From Octopus sinensis (taxonomy: Eukaryota), in NCBI RefSeq assembly GCF_006345805.1, contig NC_042999.1:172360001-172424000 (forward strand): 64,000 nucleotides of DNA, written 5' to 3'. The notes under the pieces were generated by a model. The model saw only the letters and a list, made by a program, of their open reading frames with translations, was not told the DNA's origin and searched no databases. The position numbers and the translations under genes are program-made. Within the stretch, counting starts at the first letter, position 1. Every line of letters begins with the position of its first letter. This document shows, piece by piece, positions 63,751 to 64,000 of the stretch.

Positions 63751-64000
63751 TTACTCTCCCAATTTTATTGGAACGTAGAAACATTTAACTTTACCTACTA
63801 CGCAACCCACTAATATATGTGTTTGTGTATGTACGCCTGCGCGTGTATATTTGCGTATGTGTGTGTGTGGTGAGCGAGAGGGAGAAGAGGAGGGAGGGAG
63901 AAAAAGAGAGAGAATTTTATTCACGTTACTGCTTTCATCCTGCTGCACTATTATATTTTCTTCTGCTCTTATATTGATGTATACTTCCGCAAGATTTGAT

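Overview
This is a eukaryotic nuclear window: very AT-rich, saturated with (TA)n/(CA)n/(TAA)n/(GA)n microsatellites, and dominated by transposon relics. The SINE families and repeat landscape resemble octopus/cephalopod DNA; this is inferred from remembered family sequences, not from a search. No host protein-coding gene could be confidently identified, and most listed ORFs are translations of microsatellites or antisense frames of LINEs. Supported content: (1) four R4/Dong-like LINE copies (RT plus restriction-like endonuclease), three next to (TAA)n tracts, one a 2.5-kb single frame broken only by 3 nonsense codons; (2) a 5'-truncated CR1/L2-group LINE with an open RT frame; (3) an internally deleted mariner; (4) about 20 tRNA-derived SINE copies from three families; (5) six minimal type I hammerhead-ribozyme-like motifs in Penelope-type non-autonomous repeats, one with a compensatory U3:A8 core; (6) several long fold-back elements; (7) three CpG-rich promoter-like patches and several unproven short exons. 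The least explained feature is a 1.3-kb relic at about 8.6-9.9 kb. It holds two diverged copies of a protein-coding domain whose stops are almost all TAA/TAG, with a CpA/TpG-to-TpA (RIP-like) signature. All counts and alignments were done by hand, and boundaries are approximate unless stated.
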